Shown in pieces: positions 9,946-19,180 of a stretch of 33,399 nucleotides of DNA. The stretch's first letter is position 1; each line of letters starts with the position of its first letter. The position numbers and the translations under genes were made by a program. Source of the stretch: Stramenopiles sp. TOSAG23-3. Its lineage: Eukaryota. Where the stretch lies: assembly GCA_900128585.1 (NCBI GenBank), contig LT642209.1:1-33399 (forward strand), read 5' to 3'. The notes beneath the pieces are model-generated. The model was not told where the DNA came from and did no database searches. It worked only from the letters and a program-made list of their open reading frames with translations.

Positions 9946-10024
9946 ATACTACTTTAAAATACCTATAGATACATAGAAAAATTAAATTAATGTACATATA
10001 TGTATTGGGTATTCCTTTACAGAT

Positions 10025-10171
10025 ATGCTCCGGGTTTTATTCGGAATGGGTGTAGGAATTTATTTGGCTCAGAATTACAATGTTCCCAACGCAAAATTAT
10101 TTGTAAATACTATGTTGCTATACTTAAAAGACTTTGAAAAGAATCTTCAAGAGAAAGACAAGAAATCGTAA
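10025..10171 (+). CDS. 48-aa STMP1/DUF4535-like short transmembrane mitochondrial protein (not in track)
   Basis: MLRVLFGMGVGIYLAQNYNVPNAKLFVNTMLLYLKDFEKNLQEKDKKS*; GxYLAQNYxVP is the signature of this family. Confidence 0.75.
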   Translation: MLRVLFGMGVGIYLAQNYNVPNAKLFVNTMLLYLKDFEKNLQEKDKKS

Positions 10172-10922
10172 GTTCTGTCTTCACATCTTTGTAATATACG
10201 GAATCATTATCGTCCTTGAATTTGTCAAAAGTGGTTTGAATCTCTTCACTTTTATCTAACTCCAGAGCTTGCTCCAATAGAGCTACTTTTTGTCCACAAT
10301 CGTCATCTGCTAGTGACTCTGCCAAATGCTTTAGAGTCAAAGCATAACGTCGATTTAACTGACTGTATTCTAACTTCTTCCATGTGCGCGATGCAATCTC
10401 CATTAACTGATACGACATTCGAATTGGCGAGAGAACCTGTTTAAAAGTGTACATGTTATAGTAGTAATCGCTAGCAAATTGTAGCGCTTTTGCCAAGTGA
10501 TACCTGTATTGTAAAATGTGCAACATGCTAATATCAGGGTCTTTCCATACATAATTGTTTAAGGCGAGAATGGCCTGCAATTCATGTTTCACGGCCGTGG
10601 AGAACCACTTCTTTGCTTCTTTTGGTTCTTTAGAAACCCCATTGTCATGAGCCCATTTGGACATCAGGGTCAGAATGTGAAGCTTTTCAAAATTCCAGCA
10701 AGAGGAACTTTTGCCATTCCATACGAAGAGTAGTGGATGTTTTGTTGTAGTGGTAGGTACCGCAATTTTACTTAATAATTTATAATACTCGTCGGCTTTG
10801 GAATACATATTCTCATTGTGTTGTACGCCCTGTGCTATCTTACGACGTAGTTCAGACGCTTTAATAAGCTGCCTGTTGTTAAAGTTAACATGACGCTCAA
10901 AAAAGATAGGAGACGTTTTCAT
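10110..10922 (-). CDS. BRO1-domain protein (ALIX/BROX-like ESCRT adaptor)
   Basis: FVW...WNFEKLHIL..MSKW resembles the BRO1 FxW...FE motif; DNDSVYYKDV resembles the terminal ENDFIY(H/F)xxV motif; helical, 270 aa. Confidence 0.65.
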   Translation of the reverse strand: MKTSPIFFERHVNFNNRQLIKASELRRKIAQGVQHNENMYSKADEYYKLLSKIAVPTTTTKHPLLFVWNGKSSSCWNFEKLHILTLMSKWAHDNGVSKEPKEAKKWFSTAVKHELQAILALNNYVWKDPDISMLHILQYRYHLAKALQFASDYYYNMYTFKQVLSPIRMSYQLMEIASRTWKKLEYSQLNRRYALTLKHLAESLADDDCGQKVALLEQALELDKSEEIQTTFDKFKDDNDSVYYKDVKTELTISCLSLEDSFQSLLSIAT

Positions 10923-10943
10923 TTACAGTGTCATATCATATAT

Positions 10944-11132
10944 TTATACTATAATACACGCATCTGCTTCCACTTCTTGAGTCTCTACATTGACGCCATG
11001 TTTCTTTGCTATTGATTCAATCTTCTTTAACTTCTTCTTTATTGTCTTATTTTCTGCCATCAGTACTAGCACTTTGGATTCCAATTCATTTACAAAATCG
11101 AGCAATTCTGTATCTTGACGTATAACTGACAT
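10944..11132 (-). CDS. Small coiled-coil protein with C-terminal CaaX-like box (CIIV)
   Basis: Heptad pattern LESKVLVLMAENKTIKKKL; ends in CIIV*. Confidence 0.65.
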   Translation of the reverse strand: MSVIRQDTELLDFVNELESKVLVLMAENKTIKKKLKKIESIAKKHGVNVETQEVEADACIIV

Positions 11133-11177
11133 TTAATCAAAAACAAAGTTATATTTATAGCCATGTACATACAATAA

Positions 11178-11696
11178 ATGGAATTTGTAGCAGGCGCTTT
11201 ATCCCAACTTACCGCTGGCGTAGTTGCATGGGGTTTGGTCGATTTACTTAAATTCTGGAAAACTCAAAATTTTTATGTGAACCAACAAGTGATGCAAATG
11301 CAAGCCCACTACTTGAACAAAGATGCCCTTATTCGTGCTGCTAAAGGGAGAACACATCAGGTAGTAGAAAAAATATTCGAACAGTACGAAAGCACCATCC
11401 GAGCCAAGACATGTTGTTGGGTGAAAACAGACAAATTGTACCTTGTGCAGATGAAACGTGATAAGGTGAAGGTAGGTACCAAATGGGAAAACCCGGGATG
11501 CTATGTTCATAGGGGATTCTTCCCACCATCTATGCCAATATACAAAAGCATGGAAAAATGTACTAAACCAATTGACACGACAAACAGCGTTAGTGTCACA
11601 GAGAATGCAACATTGGTATCCGCATGGAACCAAATGGAATTTTTGGTTTTGCAGTTGGAAGCACTGGAACAGGATATGGCAGCAATAAAATTGTAA
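11178..11696 (+). CDS. Hypothetical protein with hydrophobic N-terminus
   Basis: 172-aa ORF, TAAATG start. Confidence 0.65.
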   Translation: MEFVAGALSQLTAGVVAWGLVDLLKFWKTQNFYVNQQVMQMQAHYLNKDALIRAAKGRTHQVVEKIFEQYESTIRAKTCCWVKTDKLYLVQMKRDKVKVGTKWENPGCYVHRGFFPPSMPIYKSMEKCTKPIDTTNSVSVTENATLVSAWNQMEFLVLQLEALEQDMAAIKL

Positions 11697-11698
11697 AA

Positions 11699-12442
11699 AT
11701 GAAGTGCAAATTCACCGACTCAAAACAAATCTACGAAATATTCAAGTTTATCGCACAGTTTACAGATAATGTGAATCTGGTTTGTGGTGAAAATGGGATA
11801 AGTATATTTACGATGTCGTCCTGTCATACTGTGTTCGTAGACATGAATATGCCACAGAACTACTTCAAAGAGTACGAATGCACAGAAAGTTGCATTGTTG
11901 GTATATGTGTGCCTGTGTTACTTACTGCATTAACGAAAGCAAAATGTGACCTCAGCATGGAAGTAGTAGGAGATAAAGTGTTGTTTACACGCACAACCTC
12001 CGATGAAAGTATAAAATATTTGATCAAACAAATGAACATCGAAGACGACAACATGGAAATTCCATTGCTCCATGAAAACGTACATATGAAGGTCCCATAC
12101 GCTGTTTTGAAACGATGGAAAAAGTCCATACTGGATTTCACGAAATGCGGTGTAACCATTCGGCCGATGGCGGAGTGCGTGCACATAAGCAGCAAAGGCG
12201 ACGGTGGAGCAGTGGCCATGCAAACGCCCGTTCATTGCGACCACGTTACATATGTATCATTCAGTGATCCGTGCGAGATGACATTGGGAAATACCCTGTT
12301 AAGCAGAGGTATGAGTATTGGTGAGGTGAATCCTTCTGTAGAAATGGGTTACCAGAACGGTATGCCTTTTCGCATTGGTGTGAAACTCGGTGAAGGTTAC
12401 TTACAGGCATACATCGCCCCAAAATACTCTGATGACGAATAA
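11699..12442 (+). CDS. pcna: PCNA sliding clamp (divergent)
   Basis: About 247 aa; GISIFTMSSCHTVFVDM..YFKEYEC, and C-terminal G.LQAYIAPK. Confidence 0.88.
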   Translation: MKCKFTDSKQIYEIFKFIAQFTDNVNLVCGENGISIFTMSSCHTVFVDMNMPQNYFKEYECTESCIVGICVPVLLTALTKAKCDLSMEVVGDKVLFTRTTSDESIKYLIKQMNIEDDNMEIPLLHENVHMKVPYAVLKRWKKSILDFTKCGVTIRPMAECVHISSKGDGGAVAMQTPVHCDHVTYVSFSDPCEMTLGNTLLSRGMSIGEVNPSVEMGYQNGMPFRIGVKLGEGYLQAYIAPKYSDDE

Positions 12443-12474
12443 ACGAGGTATATATATGCTTTGAGTTTGGATAA

Positions 12475-12933
12475 ATGGCCCGTGTTGTTGCTGACGACGA
12501 AATTAATGCTCAACAAGAAGAACTTTCGGACGAAGAACTCAACGAAACATCCAATTTGATTGGGACAACACCGCCAAGGAAACCGTCTTGTAGGAAATCT
12601 TTATGTAAAGGTTTAATACTTAGTACAGCGGGTATTTTATTTTTACTTATGATGATACAGTTATGGAGTGACTACGGTACATACATTCAAACTCAAACCT
12701 TCCCTCCCAAGCTCATGTCGATGGGATCCTATTGTAGAAACGGTACACAGCAAGCGTCCTATCGCCCATTTGCTTGCGACTATATTGAAAAGTTAATTTG
12801 CATTGTTGAAAAGCCATCGTCTGTCTATGTACTCTCTACGCCACAATCTGACCATTCTTGGACCAACGACCAACTGGTTGTCGAGCCTCATACATCGCCC
12901 GAGTGCATTGATCTGATTGTATGGACTATATAA
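12475..12933 (+). CDS. Type II membrane protein with Cys-containing luminal part
   Basis: Single TM GLILSTAGILFLLMMIQLW; GTATATAT upstream; TAAATG start. Confidence 0.7.
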   Translation: MARVVADDEINAQQEELSDEELNETSNLIGTTPPRKPSCRKSLCKGLILSTAGILFLLMMIQLWSDYGTYIQTQTFPPKLMSMGSYCRNGTQQASYRPFACDYIEKLICIVEKPSSVYVLSTPQSDHSWTNDQLVVEPHTSPECIDLIVWTI

Positions 12934-12952
12934 CTTTGTATTTTTAAAACAT

Positions 12953-13048
12953 ATGGATAAACTTTTAGTCGCACTAACCTCTACTGTCGTAATATGTACA
13001 ATTTTATATTTTACAATTGAAAAAAAGAAAAAGAAAAGTGATTTATAA
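12953..13048 (+). CDS. 31-aa TM micropeptide (not in track)
   Basis: MDKLLVALTSTVVICTILYFTIEKKKKKSDL*; CTATATAAC 27 nt upstream, matching the promoter spacing elsewhere. Confidence 0.5.
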   Translation: MDKLLVALTSTVVICTILYFTIEKKKKKSDL

Positions 13049-13054
13049 ACAAAA

Positions 13055-16000
13055 ATGGAAAAGTGGCAAGAAAGTATTGTCAAACGGTTTGTGAAAGAAA
13101 TTTCACTTACCAAACAGTTTACAGATTCTTTTGATGATTTTACACAATGCAGAGTAATGGAAATCATCTCGTTGATGAAGCCAATTAAGGCCCAAAGTCA
13201 AGACAACGCTATCACGCTCCGTCTTACAGGAGGGTCACTAAAGGCACCCATTATGCTCGAAAAGGATGGTACCGTTCGTCCCATCATGCCAAATGAATGC
13301 CGCACCAGAAATCTTACCTATTCTAGTCCATTGTACGTCGATATCCACGTTGAACGCCAAAAGGGAGAGAATACAGTCCTTCGTGATGTGTACATGGGCC
13401 GAATTCCCGTCATGGTATTTTCATCTCTATGTCACCTGTACGATAAAACGAAGCGTGTACCGAACGGGGAGTGCGATAAAGACCCCGGTGGTTATTTTAT
13501 TGTGAATGGCAATGAAAAATCCTTGGTCGGGCAAAAATCCTCTATGCACAATCGTATGATTACGTATTTTAAAAACGGGGTTTCAGCTTGTGCTGTGAAA
13601 TCAGAACGTAACAAACGTGTTCATGTTACTACTTTAAAATTCAAGGACAACACACCGATCAGCTGTACATTTCCGCGCTTGGAGGAAGAAATACCTGCCT
13701 TTACTTTGTTAATAGCAATGGGTATCAAAGTGGAGGAGATAAGGTCTGTATTCTCTACAGAAGAAAATGCATGTTTGGAAGCATCGTATAGAAATCTACC
13801 AGAGAGTGTTGAAGAGGCACGTTCCAAAATTAAAATTCGCGAAGTGTATAATGTTGGTCTTACGGAAAACGAACGTTTGGAGAATGCATTTCAAAATGTG
13901 CTCATACCGCACATGAAAGAAAACAAAGCTGTCTTTATCGTAGCGATGATAAAAGAATTATTGGCCGTCGCCACGGGTCAAATAAACCCGACAGACAGAG
14001 ACTCTGTGGCGAATCAGCGTGTAGAAACCTCCTCTACCCTCTTGTCTACGCTCTTTCTTCATTTGATCATTAAGCTTTGCAATGATATCAAGCTATTGTG
14101 TCAAAAGTCTCTTCCGAAGCTGAAACGCGGTATTACAGATGAAAAAATTCGATCGTGGCTGGCAAAGTCCAACACCATCACAGACGGTCTCCAATATTCG
14201 CTTGCAACAGGCAATTGGAATACCACTTTTGTAGACCGACAACAGCGTTGTGGGGTTGCACAAGCTCTACAGCGTTTGACATACATCAGCACTATTTCCC
14301 AATTGCGTAGGGTTTCATCTGCTGTAGACAAGACCCAAAAATTACCCAAACCGCGTTATTTGCATGGATCACACTGGGGGCGTTATTGTCCAGCGGAGAC
14401 ACCAGAGGGTGGACCATGTGGGCTAGAGACACAGCTTACTGTTCAATCGTACATATCGCTAAAACGTACCCCACAGGCCATTCGAAGAGTAATAAATCAA
14501 TACTTTTTGCCAACCTTTGACTTGAAACATACGATGGTCTTCATGAACGGCATATTGGAGGGCTGCACCAAAGATGCGATCAATTTGGTAAAAACTGTTC
14601 GGTATGCCAGACGTTCCGGTCAATTCGACAAAGATATTTCCGTCACGCACAAACCTTGGCGGCAGCAAATTCATATTTCGACTACTTCTGGTAGGATATG
14701 CAGACCATTACTGATCGTTGAAAACGGTGAGTGCGTGTATAAGAAGACCAAAGATGCAGATACCATGTCATTTCAGCAATTGATGTGTGAGGGCGTCATA
14801 GAATATCTCGACTGTGAAGAGGAAGACATAGCTCTGGTAGCTTTCTTTACAAAAGATATTACTAAAAGGCATACTCACTGTGAAATAAGCAACGCAATGA
14901 TGAACGGTTTATGTGCAGCCACCATTCCGTTTTCCGATCGTAATCCCGGTACAAGAAATACCTATCAATGTGCCATGGCAAAACAGGCTCAGGGGGTGAA
15001 CGCGTCTAACTTTCAGTTAAGAATGGACACCACCACCAATATTATGTGGTATGGTCAAAAGCCTCTGGTAACGACCGACTTGGCAAACGAATACGGTGTG
15101 CACGAACTCCCAACTGGTACTAACGCCATTGTTGCCATCATGTGCTATGAATCCTTTAACCAAGAGGATTCCATTATTGTAAATCAATCTGCATTGGACC
15201 GAGGCTTTGCCAGAGCAGATACATACAAAACCATCAAAGAGTCGTTAAGTGGAAAGGACAAATCCGTGTTCCAACGCCCTATAAAACGAAGAAGAGTCGG
15301 CAAATACAACAGTCTTGAAGAAGATGGAATGCTACGACCCGGCGTTACCGTCAAAACAGGCGATTGTATTATCGGAAAAGTTACATACGGAAAGAACACG
15401 AAAGAGGACAATTCGAAAATGGCGTCGTTTCCCGGAATGGTGGACAAAGTAACCATGTACCAAGAACGAAACGGTGACAAAGCAGTCAAAGTTAGAGTAC
15501 GACAAACACGTATTCCAGTCATTGGGGATAAATTTTCAAGTCGGCACGGACAAAAAGGCACTGTTGGAATGCTGTACCAACAAGAAGATATGCCCTATGA
15601 TATCGATGGTATTGTACCGGACATAATTATAAACCCCCATGCGATCCCGTCGCGTATGACCATTGGGCATTTGGTGGAATGTTTGACTGGTCAGGTAGGG
15701 TCACTAAAAGGTCTGATCGGAGACGCTTCGCCATTCAATGGTAGAAAAGTAGAAGATATTATGAACGAGTTGAAGCAAGCCGGGTTTAAACCTACAGGGG
15801 AAAAACAGCTATACTCAGGCTTTACCGGAAAACCCATCAAAGCCAAAATATTCATGGGTCCTACGTACTATCAGCGCTTGAAGCATATGGTAAATGACAA
15901 GATTCACGCACGAGGCAGAGGTCGAAGAAATCAATTGACACATCAACCAAATGACGGTCGCTCCAACGGTGGTGGTTTGAGAGTAGGTGAGATGGAGAAA

Positions 16001-16171
16001 GACTCGTTCAATGCACATGGTGTACCATTTGTTATTAACGAAAGAATGTGTATTTCGTCGGACGCGCATGAAATCACAGTGAAGGGAAAGAAGGTTACTA
16101 TACCGTACGCGGCAAAATTGTTGATAGATGAATTGCAAAGTATGTGTATTAAAGTAGACTTAAAAGTTTAG
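13055..16171 (+). CDS. rpb2: DNA-directed RNA polymerase second-largest subunit (RPB2-like, 1038 aa)
   Basis: DPGGYFIVNGNEK, LATGNW, CPAETPEGGPCGL, NQEDS, GDKFSSRHGQKG, INPHAIPSRMTIG, YYQRLKHMVNDK, GGLRVGEME. Confidence 0.98.
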   Translation: MEKWQESIVKRFVKEISLTKQFTDSFDDFTQCRVMEIISLMKPIKAQSQDNAITLRLTGGSLKAPIMLEKDGTVRPIMPNECRTRNLTYSSPLYVDIHVERQKGENTVLRDVYMGRIPVMVFSSLCHLYDKTKRVPNGECDKDPGGYFIVNGNEKSLVGQKSSMHNRMITYFKNGVSACAVKSERNKRVHVTTLKFKDNTPISCTFPRLEEEIPAFTLLIAMGIKVEEIRSVFSTEENACLEASYRNLPESVEEARSKIKIREVYNVGLTENERLENAFQNVLIPHMKENKAVFIVAMIKELLAVATGQINPTDRDSVANQRVETSSTLLSTLFLHLIIKLCNDIKLLCQKSLPKLKRGITDEKIRSWLAKSNTITDGLQYSLATGNWNTTFVDRQQRCGVAQALQRLTYISTISQLRRVSSAVDKTQKLPKPRYLHGSHWGRYCPAETPEGGPCGLETQLTVQSYISLKRTPQAIRRVINQYFLPTFDLKHTMVFMNGILEGCTKDAINLVKTVRYARRSGQFDKDISVTHKPWRQQIHISTTSGRICRPLLIVENGECVYKKTKDADTMSFQQLMCEGVIEYLDCEEEDIALVAFFTKDITKRHTHCEISNAMMNGLCAATIPFSDRNPGTRNTYQCAMAKQAQGVNASNFQLRMDTTTNIMWYGQKPLVTTDLANEYGVHELPTGTNAIVAIMCYESFNQEDSIIVNQSALDRGFARADTYKTIKESLSGKDKSVFQRPIKRRRVGKYNSLEEDGMLRPGVTVKTGDCIIGKVTYGKNTKEDNSKMASFPGMVDKVTMYQERNGDKAVKVRVRQTRIPVIGDKFSSRHGQKGTVGMLYQQEDMPYDIDGIVPDIIINPHAIPSRMTIGHLVECLTGQVGSLKGLIGDASPFNGRKVEDIMNELKQAGFKPTGEKQLYSGFTGKPIKAKIFMGPTYYQRLKHMVNDKIHARGRGRRNQLTHQPNDGRSNGGGLRVGEMEKDSFNAHGVPFVINERMCISSDAHEITVKGKKVTIPYAAKLLIDELQSMCIKVDLKV

Positions 16172-16372
16172 ACGCATGTCACGATCGATTGGAACTGTAC
16201 TTACTGGCTCGTATCTTCCGTAATACACAACATCCGTATCGTAATATCCATAGCCACCGAGCGGTAACCACAGCAATAAAATGAACCATAAAAACGGATT
16301 TATCCATAAGCCCAAAACTATAGCCAAAAATAATATAAAGAAGGCTCCACCGCCGTAATAACGATATCTCAT
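16160..16372 (-). CDS. Small membrane protein, Tyr/Gly-rich
   Basis: Hydrophobic hairpin; GTATATAAG 27 nt upstream of ATG. Confidence 0.65.
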   Translation of the reverse strand: MRYRYYGGGAFFILFLAIVLGLWINPFLWFILLLWLPLGGYGYYDTDVVYYGRYEPVSTVPIDRDMRLNF

Positions 16373-16398
16373 TTCTACATATAATTTAAACTTATATA

Positions 16399-16674
16399 CT
16401 AAAATGTGGTCAATAATGGCTGTTTCTCTGGCAAACGATTTTCCAACTCATCGATGCGATCGCTCAATTTCTTCATTTCACAGTTTAACAGCAATTGCAT
16501 CAGTGTCATGATCAAAATAAACGCAACCATCAACCATGCGCTTTCTTCGGAATATTGCATCAAAAACTCAGTGGTGGTCTTGAAAATTTCTGTATTGTTA
16601 TTGTCAATTTGAACGTTGTGGTTAAAGGTTCTTATATGGCGGTTAAAGGTTTGGATATCAATTGTATCTTCCAT
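16399..16674 (-). CDS. Small single-TM protein with coiled-coil
   Basis: TM WLMVAFILIMTLMQLLL; GTATTTAAG 28 nt upstream of ATG 16674. Confidence 0.6.
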   Translation of the reverse strand: MEDTIDIQTFNRHIRTFNHNVQIDNNNTEIFKTTTEFLMQYSEESAWLMVAFILIMTLMQLLLNCEMKKLSDRIDELENRLPEKQPLLTTF

Positions 16675-16732
16675 TTTTAAGACACACATTTTACTTAAAT
16701 ACTACCATATAAGTAGATCTATTATTTAATTA

Positions 16733-17158
16733 ATGAGTTGCAAAGTTTGTAAAAAACCTTCCTATAGACGGCGGCTGTGTAGACCATGCTATAAGCGTGA
16801 CCAACAGCAGAAATTTCACTGTACGTTTAAAAATTGTACCTCTCCAGTGTTTGCTACTACACTATGTCAAAAACATTACAGAGCATACCATACGACTTGC
16901 CTTCAATGCAATAAATTGATCCATTGTAGATCACTTTGTAGATCACATTACAGGAGAGCAGTAAAAAATAACAACTTTCCTAAAGAACCAGTGTGTGATA
17001 GGGAGGACTGTGAAAAAAAGGTGTACTTAAACGGTACATGTATAGAACATTTTAAAGAAATGTTTAAGGATTGTATAATCGTAGAATGCTCGGAACGTTC
17101 CCACAAGAGAGGTCTATGCTGTAAGCACTATTTTCGACAAAGGCGACGATTAAGATAA
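16733..17158 (+). CDS. Cys/His-rich repeat zinc-finger protein
   Basis: About five repeats of C-x2-4-C...LCxxHY/F. Confidence 0.75.
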   Translation: MSCKVCKKPSYRRRLCRPCYKRDQQQKFHCTFKNCTSPVFATTLCQKHYRAYHTTCLQCNKLIHCRSLCRSHYRRAVKNNNFPKEPVCDREDCEKKVYLNGTCIEHFKEMFKDCIIVECSERSHKRGLCCKHYFRQRRRLR

Positions 17159-17292
17159 AGTACATTTATTATAAATTTTGGTACAAATTATAAGGTATTT
17201 TTGTCTCAATGTAATATTGTTCTATAGTATTTTTATCATAATAGCTTAAACAAATTTGTAGATTTTATTTTGACGTTAAAATACTAGTCTGA

Positions 17293-17401
17293 CATCCCAA
17301 CATCCCATCTGGTACATCCCATTTGGTACATCCCATCTGGTACATCCCATTTGGTACATCCCATTTGGTACATCCCATTCGGTACATCCCATTCGGTACA
17401 T
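17293..17401 (+). repeat. Tandem array of 7 x 14 bp CATCCCATYYGGTA preceded by CATCCCAA
   Basis: Units start at 17301, 17315, 17329, 17343, 17357, 17371, 17385; adjacent to an AT-rich tract (17159-17290). Confidence 0.95.
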
Positions 17402-17491
17402 CGTACAGGTATAATTTTAATCTCGCTCCTTCCCGGGGGACTTCGGGCAATGAACCCGCGCAAAAAGAAACAAATTGAATTTAAATTAAGA

Positions 17492-17500
17492 GTATATAAG
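17492..17500 (+). promoter_or_regulatory. GTATATAAG TATA-like promoter (representative copy)
   Basis: Same or near-identical motif 27-29 nt upstream of ATGs at 9001, 16372, 17521, 21819, 22719, 23590, 26500, 28064, 32665. Confidence 0.8.
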
Positions 17501-17520
17501 CAAAACTCAAACAAAACAAA

Positions 17521-18381
17521 ATGAAACGTGATTTTTCAAAGATTTCCTTCGCTTCTAAGCGTGCCCAGATTTTAAACGAGTGCAAAAAAACCAAGAAAGA
17601 CTATGCTGGAGTTACTCTGAAGGTAGAGCAAACCGAAGAGCCAGAAGAAGACTTTCCTACGGACGTGGAACGCTTTGATCAGGTCGATATAGACTTTGCC
17701 ATTTACAAAAAAAAGAATGGAGAGTCAGTCCCGCGTGTCATTCGTATGGGAGACACGAAGAAAAAGAATCTTACTTTCTGGTTGCCTCCCATGCAGGTCA
17801 AATGGGCCAATTTGGGTCCACTCGGTAATATTAAGTTCTCTAAGGAGGTTTCAAAGGCCAAATTTACGGTCTCCTTGTTAGCGGATGCCCCAAACGAACT
17901 GAAAGACTTGAAAGATAAGTTTGAAGCCGACGCCGAAAAAGCCATGGAATTGGTATCACAAATCTGTGACAAGTCCATGTCTTTGGCCCATCGAGACGAA
18001 GACACGTGGAAGAAGTTGACGGAAAACTACGATGATTCATTGTCGTTTATTAATGATGCCAGACATTCCGTCTTAAAAAGAGACGGTGATGACGTTCCCT
18101 TTCTAAACCTTACTCGTCGTTTGGAAGGATGGCGCGGGGAACCAAATCGCCCAACCTTTTGGCGTTTAAAGGAGGACAATACGTACGAAACAATTGACCC
18201 CAAGTTTATTCCCAAAGGAAGCATGCTATCGGTTCAGGTGTCCTTCCGTGCATACAAGATTCCCGGGGGGATGTATGGAATGGCAGGAGACCTTGGCGAT
18301 CATATCTTGGTGGTGCATAAACCGACCAAAAAAGAAAAAAAGAACACGTTGTTTGATATTCCTTACATCGCTTTTGATTAA
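17521..18381 (+). CDS. Putative single-stranded DNA-binding protein (T7 gp2.5/DUF2815-like OB fold)
   Basis: IPKGSMLSVQVSFRAY...YGMAGDL...ILVV resembles the gp2.5-family C-terminal strands; acidic/aromatic tail FDIPYIAFD. Confidence 0.6.
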   Translation: MKRDFSKISFASKRAQILNECKKTKKDYAGVTLKVEQTEEPEEDFPTDVERFDQVDIDFAIYKKKNGESVPRVIRMGDTKKKNLTFWLPPMQVKWANLGPLGNIKFSKEVSKAKFTVSLLADAPNELKDLKDKFEADAEKAMELVSQICDKSMSLAHRDEDTWKKLTENYDDSLSFINDARHSVLKRDGDDVPFLNLTRRLEGWRGEPNRPTFWRLKEDNTYETIDPKFIPKGSMLSVQVSFRAYKIPGGMYGMAGDLGDHILVVHKPTKKEKKNTLFDIPYIAFD

Positions 18382-18407
18382 GTCTTATAAAGTATAAAAA
18401 ATTAAGT

Positions 18408-18932
18408 TTACATTGTGTTTAACGAATTCAATTCCGAAATGTTCATGTTGTAGCATGACGCGTGTACTTTGTATCCATTTGAAGGATCGACATCACCTTT
18501 TTTGAAGAATCTAGCTTTACGCATAAACTCATCTTTGTTCATGTAACCACATATCCATGCTTTGTTCACATTTGTACTCACGCGTAGAAACACATACGCG
18601 TCACAGCGTTGGTTGGGGTTATGGTTGCATACGGAGCATTCGTAATACGACTCCGGGGCAGTAACCCTTGATGTTTTTTTTGTCTTAATTTCCAAGCGTA
18701 GCCCATTTGGTGTTTTCAGATCGTAATTGTAGATATCGTCCGAGTCTTCACAGTGTAACAGGTCGCGTATGACTTCTTCGCCGAGCATCCCCCATCCATT
18801 GCTTTGGCCAGAGGTGATTGAATTGTTCAAAACACCCAGCTCGTTTGCGCGTGTTTCTGCTCGTTCGTACTGGTCGTGCGTTACCATAATTTCAACTGGC
18901 TTATTGTTTTTTTCGTGCGTGAAGTGATTCAT
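18408..18932 (-). CDS. PD-(D/E)XK restriction-endonuclease-like protein
   Basis: GMLGEEV...YDL...RLEIKTK; likely ATG at 18932. Confidence 0.65.
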   Translation of the reverse strand: MNHFTHEKNNKPVEIMVTHDQYERAETRANELGVLNNSITSGQSNGWGMLGEEVIRDLLHCEDSDDIYNYDLKTPNGLRLEIKTKKTSRVTAPESYYECSVCNHNPNQRCDAYVFLRVSTNVNKAWICGYMNKDEFMRKARFFKKGDVDPSNGYKVHASCYNMNISELNSLNTM

Positions 18933-18957
18933 ATTTATATAAATAAAAGTGATTTTT

Positions 18958-19140
18958 ATGTCAATGAGACCAAAACCAGAAAAAATGTTTTCTACTCCAA
19001 TGCCACCTCTTTTACTACCCCCGTCACAGTATAATGAACAGTTACGTAGGAAGAAAGAAAGAGTCCAACTAAAAAAGAATGTTCTACTTGTTGGGTTGTA
19101 TATCGTAGCATGCGTAATTTTAATAATTTTATTTTTATAA
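18958..19140 (+). CDS. Small tail-anchored membrane protein
   Basis: Pro-rich, then basic, then C-terminal hydrophobic helix. Confidence 0.55.
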   Translation: MSMRPKPEKMFSTPMPPLLLPPSQYNEQLRRKKERVQLKKNVLLVGLYIVACVILIILFL

Positions 19141-19180
19141 TCCCAATTGGTACCTATATATATAATTTGTATATTAGCAA

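Noticed and set aside
17293-17401. CRISPR-like array
   Set aside because: Units are contiguous 14-mers with no unique spacers, and no cas genes are present.
17265-17514. Two minus-strand ORFs with repetitive peptides
   Set aside because: By-products of the tandem repeat; no coding signature.
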